Positions 10,744-20,896 of a DNA stretch of 53,602 nucleotides are shown in pieces; position 1 is the stretch's first letter, and each line of letters starts with the position of its first letter. Origin of the DNA: a virus (taxonomy: Duplodnaviria > Caudoviricetes); the IMG/VR virus record IMGVR_UViG_3300021964_000094, positions 1-53,602 of that record; one strand, 5' to 3'. Under the pieces are notes generated by a model. That model searched no databases. It had not been told where the DNA came from and saw nothing but the letters and a program-made list of their open reading frames with translations. Both the position numbers and the translations under genes were made by a program.

Positions 10744-13700
10744 TAACTATTACTCGTCTTAGTTATAACCTGTGATTTTAACAAGTTCAATTCTATTGCT
10801 GTAATGGTATCAACTATCTGAATATCATCAACAGTTGCCGCACTAACCAAAATTTCATCTGGTCTTGCTTGTACTTCTGATAGGCTTCCGTATGCTTGAT
10901 TCTCTTGTTTAGGAACTAAAACGACGTTGCTAATTTCAGGTGAATTGTATTGAATAATATATGACAACAATTCACTAGAATGAAACTTGTCTCCAAAATC
11001 CCAATTATCAATAGCAAAGTAATTTGTAATACTGTTTATAATTTTGACCTTTAAATCATTATCATTAATTGTCATGTTTTTATTTTTAACAACTTTAAAT
11101 GTCGCTTGAAATTCTGTTTTTGCTTTTGTACCAAACAAAGGAAAATATGTTACTGGATGGTAAACAATTTCATCACTGATTGTTTTTAAATCTGCTAACG
11201 GTGTGCCAAACTGGATCCTTAAACTTTCTGGTGTAGGTTCTTGAGGTGCTGTTGTTACTGATCCATTTAGATACTTGCGGTAATTAATGTCGTACGTTCT
11301 AACAAGAAGGTAAACATCAATAATATTACTAACACTAGGATCAATTCTTCTATTGCTACTAGCATTATGAATATATTGGAATTTTAATCCGCTACGCCCA
11401 ATATAAGCAACATACGAGGGTTCTAAAATAAACGTTCTAGTAATTAGATCAACTCTTTTAATAAAGTTTTCTGCTTGATCATAAAAGTATATTAATTGAT
11501 TGTGATCATAATCATTAACATTTGTATTAACTTCTTTATCTTTAACTAAAATAGTATTGTTTTCATTATCGATAAAATCTAATTTTGTGAAACCAAAATT
11601 ATCAGTTGTCTTTTTAAAGAACAAGTATTTGTTTGACAAGTCTGTTCCAACGATATCATCAAAACTATCTGGATTATCAATTACACCGTCATCGTCACTG
11701 TCATAAAATGTTATCTTTACACTTTCAGTACTCTGATAGCCGTCTTCAAATCTAACGCTGTCAGCAATTTCAAACTTAATATCATTCTTTAATGTTCTGT
11801 CTTGGTCAATAATTGCTGTTACATCGTCTGCTGTAAAATCAGGATTTAAATTTTTAAGATTAATAATACTTGCGGCTAGTGTTGCTGGTGAAATTTCTTT
11901 ACCTTCTGGAACACTGTTAATGTCAAGTACGCTGATTTGATCTTTAATAACTGTTCTGTTCTTGCTATCATAGATCTTTTCAGATCTATCAAAATAAAAT
12001 CTATTTTGCTCTACACTTGAAAATACATAATTTGTTCCTCTAACACGGACTCTAAATTCGTCTCCATCGTAGACAAATGCTAATAACCAACCAGCATCTG
12101 CGTTTGTATTTGTGTTATCGCCTGCTTGACCTAAACTAAAATCACTGCTTAAATCAATGTTACTGCTTGATATAACTTTCCATGATCTAGTTTCAATGTC
12201 ATATCTTAATCCAAAAGTTTGACTAGCAAAACTTAGGTTTAATATTTCAGTTTCTATATCAACTGGTAAATTGCTAATAAACTTAGGAACAACCTGCGAA
12301 GGAACTGCGCTAGTTGGAATAGGGTCAGACAGTGTAATAGGTCCAACACCGTTTGATAAATTACCTACGCCAGCATTTGTACCGTCGCCTACTACTCTTA
12401 CTACTTTAGACCAAATATATTTTTTATGTGTCTTGTCTGTTGGATCATAAGTTACAATTTCGCCGTCTTTGAATGCTTGAGTAGACAAAGGAGGTAAAAA
12501 CTTAATTAAACTTCCTGCTTCAATAAATCTAAGGTTACTAGTTGTATAAACACCAATCTTGATTGGAAATTCATCAAAGATATTACCAAAGTAGCCAGTG
12601 CTACCGTTAATATCAGTTGTTGTTTGTAACCATTTTACACTTACGTCACTTGTAAAAATTTTATCAAAATTAGTTAGATAAAAATTATAAGTTTCAAAAT
12701 CTTCAATAGCAGGTTCTATTGTGTTTCTAATATAGTTTAGAATAATATTTTTATTAGTATACTTGTAACTAAAGTTGCGTTCAGTATCTGCTCTATAAAC
12801 TAAACCATCGTCGGCAAAAACATTTACCATTGAATACTTTCCGCTGGCATCAATAATGTCAAAATTTCGACTAATGCCGCTTGATGTTCTGTTTATTGCT
12901 TTTACTTTTAAAATTTCTTGTGAACTACCTAAAGGAGCAAGGTTATAATCTTCTCCAGTGACCATTCTGTTTTGTGTATAATACTGTGCTGGTGCTTTAG
13001 TTCTAATTGATTCAATAGTTTCTGATGCCGCACTATTATCAACAGTATATTGTAACGATAAAGTAATTGTAAGAGTTTGACTTGCTCCGGATTTACCTAC
13101 ATACGGAATAGATACTGTTATGTTACGCATATCTCTTGGAGATATGCTGTAAGTTGTTCCTGCTGATGTTCTATAAAACGCTCTAAATGTTCCTTGCGGA
13201 AGATTACCAAATACACCATCAGAAAACAATAAGTCAATGGCGTCATTTTCTTGTGTAATTACAGAATAGATATCTTTTTGTTGACTAGTTAAACTGTTAT
13301 AGATAATGTTATTGCCTTCTACACTATCTACTTTTGTCCATAGTGTATCTAAATTGCCATTAGCATCTAATTTATACAACCAAACATCATCATTGTTAAT
13401 TCCTTGTGATGTGATAGAAACTTGTTCATTTACAGTCGGCTGTGTAACTTCAAAGTCAGCACTTTGAAGGGATCCTTGCTTAAACATCATAAAGAATCCT
13501 GTATTAGCACTAGCATTACCTCTACCATCTTGTCTGTAAATAAAACCGTAGTTTCTTCCAGGCATCGGAGACTCTTCATAAATGTAATCTTGTCCGATTA
13601 TTGAAGTACTTGGAATTTCAAATTTTAAACTTCTTCCGCCAGCACTTTTACTAAAATTAAAAAGTGGAGATGTTTCATTAGAACTATTAAAACTGTACTG

Positions 13701-14255
13701 CTCTGTAACTATACCATCGATGTTTTGCTGGCCTTGATTCTTTCCAAATTCTGTATTTGGAACCATTGCCGCATTGAGAATAATAATAAATTGTTCAAAC
13801 CAATTTGGGTTTGTAGGATCATTCCAGTTGATAGTTTGGCTTGATAAGTTTGTGCCTGCGCTATCAGTTAACTGCTCATCTGTTTCAATTGAAGTAAACT
13901 TTAAAAGTCCACTAGCACCTACGTTTCGTTTAGCATTGTAAGACAACATACGAGCAATACGCAATACACTTTCTTTACGTTCTGCTAATTCAATGAAATT
14001 TTCTCTGCTGTTTAGATCCATTCTAAACGCAAGACTTTGTCCTAAGAATGCTATAAGATCAATTAGAGCAACATATTCTGAACTTTCAATAAAATCGTTA
14101 AAATCTTCCGGATAGTTTTCTCTTAGATATTCAACCATAACACGGCGAAGATTTTCAAAGTCGTAAGACTTGAAATCAGCGTTACGAAACGTCTGATATA
14201 TACGAGTCCAGTCTTCAGCTAGTATTAAATTGTTCTGTCTAGTTGTTGTTGTCAT
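10743..14255 (-). CDS. gp6: Baseplate wedge subunit gp6-like (baseplate J family)
   Basis: N-terminal DFENLR...FNDFIESSE...LIDLIAF...ELAERKESVLRIARMLSY, plus ETIESIRTKAPAQYYTQNRMVTGEDY typical of gp6/gpJ. Follows gp25. Confidence 0.9.
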   Translation of the reverse strand: MTTTTRQNNLILAEDWTRIYQTFRNADFKSYDFENLRRVMVEYLRENYPEDFNDFIESSEYVALIDLIAFLGQSLAFRMDLNSRENFIELAERKESVLRIARMLSYNAKRNVGASGLLKFTSIETDEQLTDSAGTNLSSQTINWNDPTNPNWFEQFIIILNAAMVPNTEFGKNQGQQNIDGIVTEQYSFNSSNETSPLFNFSKSAGGRSLKFEIPSTSIIGQDYIYEESPMPGRNYGFIYRQDGRGNASANTGFFMMFKQGSLQSADFEVTQPTVNEQVSITSQGINNDDVWLYKLDANGNLDTLWTKVDSVEGNNIIYNSLTSQQKDIYSVITQENDAIDLLFSDGVFGNLPQGTFRAFYRTSAGTTYSISPRDMRNITVSIPYVGKSGASQTLTITLSLQYTVDNSAASETIESIRTKAPAQYYTQNRMVTGEDYNLAPLGSSQEILKVKAINRTSSGISRNFDIIDASGKYSMVNVFADDGLVYRADTERNFSYKYTNKNIILNYIRNTIEPAIEDFETYNFYLTNFDKIFTSDVSVKWLQTTTDINGSTGYFGNIFDEFPIKIGVYTTSNLRFIEAGSLIKFLPPLSTQAFKDGEIVTYDPTDKTHKKYIWSKVVRVVGDGTNAGVGNLSNGVGPITLSDPIPTSAVPSQVVPKFISNLPVDIETEILNLSFASQTFGLRYDIETRSWKVISSSNIDLSSDFSLGQAGDNTNTNADAGWLLAFVYDGDEFRVRVRGTNYVFSSVEQNRFYFDRSEKIYDSKNRTVIKDQISVLDINSVPEGKEISPATLAASIINLKNLNPDFTADDVTAIIDQDRTLKNDIKFEIADSVRFEDGYQSTESVKITFYDSDDDGVIDNPDSFDDIVGTDLSNKYLFFKKTTDNFGFTKLDFIDNENNTILVKDKEVNTNVNDYDHNQLIYFYDQAENFIKRVDLITRTFILEPSYVAYIGRSGLKFQYIHNASSNRRIDPSVSNIIDVYLLVRTYDINYRKYLNGSVTTAPQEPTPESLRIQFGTPLADLKTISDEIVYHPVTYFPLFGTKAKTEFQATFKVVKNKNMTINDNDLKVKIINSITNYFAIDNWDFGDKFHSSELLSYIIQYNSPEISNVVLVPKQENQAYGSLSEVQARPDEILVSAATVDDIQIVDTITAIELNLLKSQVITKTSNS

Positions 14256-14276
14256 CTTTGTTTTTGCCCTATATGC

Positions 14277-14282
14277 TATTTA
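14277..14282 (-). promoter_or_regulatory. Late promoter for gp6
   Basis: TAAATA on minus, about 21 nt upstream of the gp6 ATG. Confidence 0.55.
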
Positions 14283-14309
14283 CCGTATCTAAAAAACTGC
14301 GCATTTTAT

Positions 14310-14747
14310 TTAGACATCTGTTTTATTAAAATCTAACACTAATTTTTCGGTTAAATTTAGCTGTACATACTCTAGATCAACTTCAACACGTATTCCGTAT
14401 TCAGTAGCATCAACACTTATGTTAGCTGGATTTACACGTGGATCCCTGTTTATAATTTCAGTTACATCCTCTGAAACTATTTGTACATTTTCTTCGGTCA
14501 TTGGCTCAAATACCATCGACCATATTACTGTTCCAAATTCCGGTTGTTCTAGTTTTTCACCCTTACGTATATGAAAGTGATTTAATAGATCTTGTTTAAT
14601 AAGTTCAAGGTCGTTTTCTTTAAAATGATTTTGCTTTTTTCTAGAATTAAATCCTTTATAAATTAATGATCCTACGTCAGGCGATGTAGCTCCAAAGTTT
14701 GCTTCACTTGATTGAACCTTTTGCTGATTATAAATTCTTCTAACCAT
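14310..14747 (-). CDS. gp25: Baseplate wedge subunit gp25-like (sheath initiator, GPW/gp25 family)
   Basis: DLELIKQDLLNHFHIRKGEKLEQPEFGT...FEP...DPRV motif; 145 aa; lies between gp5-like and gp6. Confidence 0.9.
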   Translation of the reverse strand: MVRRIYNQQKVQSSEANFGATSPDVGSLIYKGFNSRKKQNHFKENDLELIKQDLLNHFHIRKGEKLEQPEFGTVIWSMVFEPMTEENVQIVSEDVTEIINRDPRVNPANISVDATEYGIRVEVDLEYVQLNLTEKLVLDFNKTDV

Positions 14748-14749
14748 TA

Positions 14750-16405
14750 TTATTCCTCATTTTCCCTGTCAGTCTTTGGAGGAGCAACTGCCAAAGGATC
14801 TGTATTTTCGTGTTCTTTCCACGGCTCGTGCTGTGGTATACGTTTCATAATACTTTCTAAGGGCTCGTCGCTTTGATATTCTTTATTTGCCCAAGGAAGT
14901 TTTATGTCTGTAACACTATTTAAGTGAGTTAAAAGTGGCTCCGGAACTGTTACATTTGCTATCGATCCTGGCTCTGCTACTTGTGCTGGATCACAGTTCA
15001 TTTCAATTTTATCAGCAGTTTCTCTGTGGAAATTTTTACTGCTTATATTTGTACTGTCGTTAGATCTAATTCTTGTGTTATTAACCGAAGTCGTATTAAC
15101 ATTGCTTGCTTTTAACTTGTAATCCTTAGAAGCAGTAGTTTCAATATTTCCTTCAACGTTTGTTCGATCGCTTCCTTTAACTGTTGTACTAACATCTTCT
15201 TCTACAACTGTCGACTTAAATCCACCAACTAATGTTGTTAGATTGCCAGCAGAATCAACATGTATTCTGCCAACTGTACTTGGAGTTCCCTCCTCGCCTG
15301 TTGGACTTTCTGTATTCGTACCGCTTGCTTTGATATTGATATTTCGTTGTGCTTCCATGTTGATGTCTCTGCCAGCGTGGAAGTTAAAATCTTGTTGTGT
15401 ATGAATACTGATACTGTCTTGAGCAAATATATCAATTTTACCGTCAGAAGTAAGTTCTATCCAAGCAGTACCTCTACTATTTCCGATATAGATTAAATCT
15501 TCTGAATTGTGTAATAGGATTTGGTGTCCTGTTCTAGTGCGCATTCTAAAACTTTCACCATAAGGAATTCTAACATCGCCTTCTTCGTCTTTTGTGGCAT
15601 CAGCATATTCAGGAGGTCCTTGGTCTGCTGGTGTTTTTCTTATAAATCTATCATCGCCGTCATCCATTACAAACTGATGACCGCCTAGTCTACTTACATA
15701 AGTTGGATCAGACACATTGTCGCTTGTTCCTATAGACTTAGTTCTTGCTCCTGGTCTTTTATCTAACGGTCCAGGAGTACTAATACCATGTACACTTGAT
15801 ATACCGTTTCTAACCATAGTACTGTTATGGCTTCCTCTTATAGGATCTCCTACTAGTCCGCTATCTAATAAAAATCCTGCTAATGGGTGTACAGCCCTTT
15901 TGTTAACTTCAGCATACTTTGAAGTTTCTGTGCTATCTAAATTCTTGTTAATTTCAGCAACAGGTAAAACGGTTGTTTGCCCAAAGTCTGATTCTTGTGT
16001 TGGAGACTTATCGACATTGCCTGCGGCCGCGATACCTGGTACCATGTGATTTGCGCCCGGTTCAGGTATAACTCCAATCCAGTACCAAGTTTTCGAATCT
16101 TCTGTTTGAACTACTAAAACTTTTGTTCCTACGTCTGGCGGAATAAAACTCATACCGTACGATTTTTGTGTGTCATTATAAGCTAGATCAGAACCTGTAT
16201 TCTTACCGTTAAATGATTGATTAGTATAACCAAAAAACGGAGGAGCATAATACGCAGGAACATAGCTTACTTCACTACCAACAAGTCCGGGATCATAGCC
16301 CTCAATGTTAACAAATAATGTTCCTATTCCTTGCTTAATGTCATGTCCAATAACACGGGCAGTTTTAGGACCTGAATATGCTATGTCTGTTTTATTCAAC
16401 TTCAT
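14750..16405 (-). CDS. gp5: Baseplate central spike, gp5/VgrG-like, no lysozyme domain visible
   Basis: OB-fold-type YGMSFIPPDVGTKVLV, GHQFVMDD and RTRTGHQILLHNSE motifs, followed by beta-helix-like repeats; synteny upstream of gp25. Confidence 0.75.
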   Translation of the reverse strand: MKLNKTDIAYSGPKTARVIGHDIKQGIGTLFVNIEGYDPGLVGSEVSYVPAYYAPPFFGYTNQSFNGKNTGSDLAYNDTQKSYGMSFIPPDVGTKVLVVQTEDSKTWYWIGVIPEPGANHMVPGIAAAGNVDKSPTQESDFGQTTVLPVAEINKNLDSTETSKYAEVNKRAVHPLAGFLLDSGLVGDPIRGSHNSTMVRNGISSVHGISTPGPLDKRPGARTKSIGTSDNVSDPTYVSRLGGHQFVMDDGDDRFIRKTPADQGPPEYADATKDEEGDVRIPYGESFRMRTRTGHQILLHNSEDLIYIGNSRGTAWIELTSDGKIDIFAQDSISIHTQQDFNFHAGRDINMEAQRNINIKASGTNTESPTGEEGTPSTVGRIHVDSAGNLTTLVGGFKSTVVEEDVSTTVKGSDRTNVEGNIETTASKDYKLKASNVNTTSVNNTRIRSNDSTNISSKNFHRETADKIEMNCDPAQVAEPGSIANVTVPEPLLTHLNSVTDIKLPWANKEYQSDEPLESIMKRIPQHEPWKEHENTDPLAVAPPKTDRENEE

Positions 16406-18516
16406 TATTCAGATCCCTTGTTGCTATATTTTTTGATATCATAAGAGTCTAGATCAGATCTAGTTTGAAGATCAGCACCTAATAATTTTTTAGTATTTGA
16501 TGCAGCTGTTGATTGTGAGGCGCTGACGCCTTTAATATCTAACTCTGGATCTTGTGTTAGATCTTTTACTAGTTTTAAATTCTGTTTAAAAACACCATCT
16601 TCAAAAGTGCTTATATTTCTTAATAATTTGTAAACACCACTAAACGGATGATCAGTACCTCCCGATGGGACTTGAGGTAAATTTGATCCAGGATAAGGGT
16701 AATCTTGAATAGTTCTAAATCTTACATATATTCTAGTATCTTCACCGTTCCATGCCATTCCTAAACTAGGAAACACATATTTTTGATTTCCAAGACCGCC
16801 AATTGGAATATAAAAAGGATCGCCTAAAATATCTATACTCAATTCTAACATATAAAGATTTTCTTCTTTATCGTCACTTGATGTTAATCCTGTTACATTA
16901 GCGTGTACCCATCTTGCGACATTTAGTTCAGTAGCATCAATTCCTGCTCCACCGGCGACATTAGGAAAAGAATATTTGTCAGGTTCATATGTATATGCTC
17001 CAGGAAATACTGAATTAAATGCGTTTGATGCACCCGGTGTAGGTTTTACAAAAGTATATTTTCCGTTAACTAGATTTTTTTTGTTCTCAGCAAGATTATC
17101 AAACCCCGCTGGCTGTCCAGAAAGATAAAATGCAGCATTAAAATTTAGATCAAAATTAATAATGTCATCATTCTGACCAGTATAGGTATAAGAATACGCT
17201 TTTTTAATCCTTGCCTTTGTAGCAGGAGTTACTTCAATGCCTTGACTTGGCAGTTTTAGATTACTTAAATTTGTATAAAAAGGTACAACCGTATAATAAA
17301 ACACCTGTGGAAATTTTCCACTCACTGGATCAATTGGACCGTTTGGATCTTTATATTTTGCCATACGCTGGATAGTAAAATAAACTGCGTTTCCACCTTC
17401 GTCAGCAGTATCAGTTACTTTTGTAGCAATAGTAGAATGGCACATCACATCAGAGATAACTTCTAGTAGTTTTAATCTTTTATCTTTAGATGCGTTATAC
17501 ACAAATCTAGGATCAACAGAAATAGATTTAGTGTTAGGAGCTGACTCAAAAACAAGTTTTACATCAGTTTCCAAATTTACGTTTTTTAATTTTTCAGGAT
17601 CTGATAAAAATGTTTCCCATGCTGGAGATTCTGGCCAACTAGCATCATTAACACCGTTCCTTGGTAATATTGTGATAATGTATTCGTCTGCTAGAGTCTT
17701 CATTCCAGTGCTAATAAGTTCTTCTTCTTTCTTGTTCATTATTTGAGCAAGGTTAAAAAGTGCTATGTCTGGAGATCGGCCCGCATTAAAACTTATACTA
17801 GATCCAATGTCAGTAGTGAATTCATTTAATGTCATGACATCTTGACTAACTAGGTAGGTAACTGTGTAGTTACTGCCGGAGCCGTCAGCATTAAATGTAA
17901 CATTTTGTAAACGAATTGGAATATATCTAGTTGCTTCTTTAATTGTTTCTTGTTTGCCATCATTCCAACCATGAAAAACAATCTTTACAAGGTATGGTGC
18001 TTGTGTGAAATGATTATATCCTGATAGTAACGCACTAGACATTAAACTTTCAAATAATTGTCCCATGCTGTATGGTTCAAATACTTCAAACGATCCACCA
18101 TGCATGCCTGTATTTCCGTTTGGAGTGCTAGGATCGCTTGGCATAATTGTTTTAACCATAAATCTATTAATAAAAAATTCTGGATACCCTCCAATTGCTG
18201 GCGCACGAGAACCAACATCGCCTTCCGATAGCTTTTTTTCTCCGGTTTGCTTTGTGCCTGTATATCCGCTCTCACCAAACACAATCCATCTTGGATCTTG
18301 GGCTTGGTCTCCAATGTATGAAGCTGAATTATAAGATTGCTTATCCAATGCGCCCATTGAAATTTGATAAGTTATCGATTCGTATCCTTTAAGAATATTT
18401 TCTTCTAAATTAAAATCTCTATAAAAGTTTTCGGAGGAAACAGATCCAAGACCTAATGATTCGTTTAACCGATTTTTTTGTTGTTTAATAGCGGAAGACT
18501 TTGATTTTACGGCCAT
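16405..18516 (-). CDS. Putative baseplate hub protein (gp27/gpD-like)
   Basis: 703 aa between gp53-like and gp5-like genes; C-terminal ELSIDILGDP and FSGVYKLLRNISTFEDGVFKQNLKL resemble hub C-termini. Confidence 0.6.
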   Translation of the reverse strand: MAVKSKSSAIKQQKNRLNESLGLGSVSSENFYRDFNLEENILKGYESITYQISMGALDKQSYNSASYIGDQAQDPRWIVFGESGYTGTKQTGEKKLSEGDVGSRAPAIGGYPEFFINRFMVKTIMPSDPSTPNGNTGMHGGSFEVFEPYSMGQLFESLMSSALLSGYNHFTQAPYLVKIVFHGWNDGKQETIKEATRYIPIRLQNVTFNADGSGSNYTVTYLVSQDVMTLNEFTTDIGSSISFNAGRSPDIALFNLAQIMNKKEEELISTGMKTLADEYIITILPRNGVNDASWPESPAWETFLSDPEKLKNVNLETDVKLVFESAPNTKSISVDPRFVYNASKDKRLKLLEVISDVMCHSTIATKVTDTADEGGNAVYFTIQRMAKYKDPNGPIDPVSGKFPQVFYYTVVPFYTNLSNLKLPSQGIEVTPATKARIKKAYSYTYTGQNDDIINFDLNFNAAFYLSGQPAGFDNLAENKKNLVNGKYTFVKPTPGASNAFNSVFPGAYTYEPDKYSFPNVAGGAGIDATELNVARWVHANVTGLTSSDDKEENLYMLELSIDILGDPFYIPIGGLGNQKYVFPSLGMAWNGEDTRIYVRFRTIQDYPYPGSNLPQVPSGGTDHPFSGVYKLLRNISTFEDGVFKQNLKLVKDLTQDPELDIKGVSASQSTAASNTKKLLGADLQTRSDLDSYDIKKYSNKGSE

Positions 18517-18517
18517 G

Positions 18518-18817
18518 TTAGACTCCTAAAGAGGCTTTTAAAATATCCGCTCTAGGTATGTATATCACTAGACCTGGTTCAAAGTCGAAGATTGGATCTT
18601 TAAGTAGTGTCGGATTACGTTTAGAAAATACCCACCACAGTTTAGGTGTATCATACAAACTATAAGATAATAGATCAGGTCTATGTCTAAAACGACTTTC
18701 AATTTCGTATGGATAATCTGTGTCGTTGATAGAAAAATCCCTTGGCTCTAAAAGTTCTAAATAGGTATTGTTCATTGGGGTATTATACCAAGGACTGGTT
18801 TTTGCGTATTCTGCCAT
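18518..18817 (-). CDS. gp53: Baseplate wedge gp53-like (LysM-like) protein
   Basis: RPDLLSYSLYDTPKLWWVF...NP..LKDPIFDF.PG..IYIP motif; 99 aa. Confidence 0.8.
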   Translation of the reverse strand: MAEYAKTSPWYNTPMNNTYLELLEPRDFSINDTDYPYEIESRFRHRPDLLSYSLYDTPKLWWVFSKRNPTLLKDPIFDFEPGLVIYIPRADILKASLGV

Positions 18818-19929
18818 TATAAAATTCCTCTTTGTCCGCCGTTGGCATAATCATTGAGATTGAATGCTCTTAGTTTTGATCTATTAAACACAGGCGATAC
18901 TGTTAAGTTAATATTACTATCTAAAGGAACATAGTTTATTTCGTTTGTTTGCCCATATACAATTCTTTTATACTGTACATTTCTTGGTAAATCTATACTA
19001 ACAGATTTTACTACAATATTAACTCCGCCCTTTGATCCACCAAACATATGATCTCCATAACCGTATAGTTGTGCTACAATAGGTGGAAACCCTTGAGGGA
19101 AACTTTCTCCATAAAAACTTTTGGTTAAAAGTTTAAAAAATCTTGTTGCCGCAAGCCAGTAACGTCCTTCTTCTTCATTTTGAACTGTGAAATTACCGTT
19201 GATTATAATATCATCTACTGAACTATTTTTATAACTTTGAAATGTAAAGTTATTGTGTACTGGAGATTGTTGAACATACGTTCCTTTGTGTACTACAGTT
19301 ATTGAAGGTGTATAAGGAAATACTACACTGTTTCTTCCGTCTTTAGTTATTGGACCTAAATAACCTGTTGATGCTGATGCCGCCGCTAATATTGAATTAA
19401 GATTAGTAACACCTATTCTTACTCGCCAGTCACCTTTCATAATTTTATTGTCAACAGTCTGTTTCTCTGAAGAATCTGGTTTTTCCTTATCGGCGGATTT
19501 TTTAAGATCCTCGCCTGCGGCCTTTGCTGACGAAAATAAACTATCGCCAAATGCTCTTGCTTGATCAGCTATTTGACTAATACTTTTTAATACTCCTTCG
19601 CCGGCTTCTATCAATGACGATGCCGCTTGTACTAAAGCAAACCCTGTACCTAAAGCTCCAAGAGCTTTTTCAATACCATTTGCTTCAGGCTTTCCAAAAA
19701 TGCCAAACGAGAAACTGCCACTTCCGCCAGACGGAATAGAATTATTGTTACTTCCAAAAGAACCGCTTTGTAAAGCCGAACCTGAACCCGAACCAGCTGT
19801 TCCATTAAAGCCGTTGATTGACCACCTACTTCTTGGATCGGCGGCGTTTACTGTAATTGTGTTTCTAATTCCAGTACCATTGGCGTTTACTCGCCCGGCT
19901 GTACTAGGTGTATTTGTTGGTAATGCCAT
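18817..19929 (-). CDS. Tail tube initiator / baseplate-tube junction protein (gp48/gp54-like)
   Basis: DWRVR...VVFPYTPSI...HNNF...PPIVAQLYGYG; directly upstream of gp53-like; Gly/Ser-rich N-terminal extension. Confidence 0.55.
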   Translation of the reverse strand: MALPTNTPSTAGRVNANGTGIRNTITVNAADPRSRWSINGFNGTAGSGSGSALQSGSFGSNNNSIPSGGSGSFSFGIFGKPEANGIEKALGALGTGFALVQAASSLIEAGEGVLKSISQIADQARAFGDSLFSSAKAAGEDLKKSADKEKPDSSEKQTVDNKIMKGDWRVRIGVTNLNSILAAASASTGYLGPITKDGRNSVVFPYTPSITVVHKGTYVQQSPVHNNFTFQSYKNSSVDDIIINGNFTVQNEEEGRYWLAATRFFKLLTKSFYGESFPQGFPPIVAQLYGYGDHMFGGSKGGVNIVVKSVSIDLPRNVQYKRIVYGQTNEINYVPLDSNINLTVSPVFNRSKLRAFNLNDYANGGQRGIL

Positions 19930-19966
19930 TTTGGTAAAATTTCCTCATTCGTTTGGTACTTTACTC

Positions 19967-19972
19967 TATTTA
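19967..19972 (-). promoter_or_regulatory. Late promoter for the baseplate operon
   Basis: TAAATA on minus, about 37 nt upstream of ATG 19929, SD GAGGA in between. Confidence 0.6.
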
Positions 19973-19987
19973 TTTCAAGAGAAATGT

Positions 19988-19996
19988 GCTATTATA
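19988..19996 (+). promoter_or_regulatory. Possible extended -10 sigma70 promoter for gp55 (coordinates approximate)
   Basis: TGCTATTAT (TGnTAnnnT) about 25 nt upstream of the probable gp55 start; no clean -35. Confidence 0.4.
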
Positions 19997-20020
19997 TAAG
20001 TATTGATGGAGACCAACTAT

Positions 20021-20848
20021 ATGACACAAAGACGAGTAAAATACCTAAATAATAAGGATCTTTTAAAAGAGATTCACAAAAGTAAGAACACTTACTGTTC
20101 ATATGTCGACAAAGAACATCACCAGTTCGACATAATCCTTCCTAGTTTAGAAAAAATAAACAGACTTACGATTGCTGAGGCAAAACGCAATCAAGCAAAA
20201 AGATTAGCACTAAAAGCATTTGAACAAGCAAAAGAACAAGATAAAAAAGTAGTAGCAAAACAATTTGAAATACCTTATCAAAAGATTGAAAAAACAGATT
20301 TAATTTTTAGGATCATGACATTTGAGCATGTCCCACTTGCTCCTGGGCGTAAGAAAACTGTAAAAACAGTTGCTGACGCACATGAAAGATGTAATTTCCC
20401 CCCATTTCAACATTGGAAATTTGATGATAATGACAACTTAGTTTGTGTTGGAAAAAGTCACTGGGTTGGTGGTATGGAAAATGGTTATTTTTCAAAAACA
20501 GACGGACAAGCAACAAACGAACTTGCTAAGATGTGGATGAAACTTTGCGAACGATATGCTACCCGTGGTAATGTTCGCGGTTATACTTACAACGACGAAA
20601 TGCGAGGACAAGCAATTCTTCAATTAGCACAGATTGGACTACAGTTTGACGAATCAAAATCACAGAATCCGTTTGCTTACTATACTGCCGCAGTTACAAA
20701 CTCGTTTGTTAGAATTATTAATATCGAAAAACGCAATCAAAACATTCGTGATGATATCTTAGAAATGAATGGCATGAACCCAAGCTGGTCTAGACAAAAC
20801 GCTAACGAAAATTTAAGTGGTGAACCAGCAAATGGTGACAAAAAGTAG
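20021..20848 (+). CDS. gp55: Sigma factor for late transcription
   Basis: YLNNKDLL...RGYTYNDEM...QFDESKSQNPFAYYT...RIINIEKR motifs of T4 gp55. Start refined to ATG 20021 with SD GGAG at 20008-20011. Confidence 0.9.
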   Translation: MTQRRVKYLNNKDLLKEIHKSKNTYCSYVDKEHHQFDIILPSLEKINRLTIAEAKRNQAKRLALKAFEQAKEQDKKVVAKQFEIPYQKIEKTDLIFRIMTFEHVPLAPGRKKTVKTVADAHERCNFPPFQHWKFDDNDNLVCVGKSHWVGGMENGYFSKTDGQATNELAKMWMKLCERYATRGNVRGYTYNDEMRGQAILQLAQIGLQFDESKSQNPFAYYTAAVTNSFVRIINIEKRNQNIRDDILEMNGMNPSWSRQNANENLSGEPANGDKK

Positions 20849-20877
20849 TTGACTTCTTCACAAAAAGATCGTATACT
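20849..20877 (+). promoter_or_regulatory. sigma70-type promoter for gp47-gp46
   Basis: TTGACT (20849-20854), 17-nt spacer, TATACT (20872-20877), then SD AGGAG before ATG 20897. Confidence 0.8.
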
Positions 20878-20896
20878 AGTATAGGAGAATGAAATA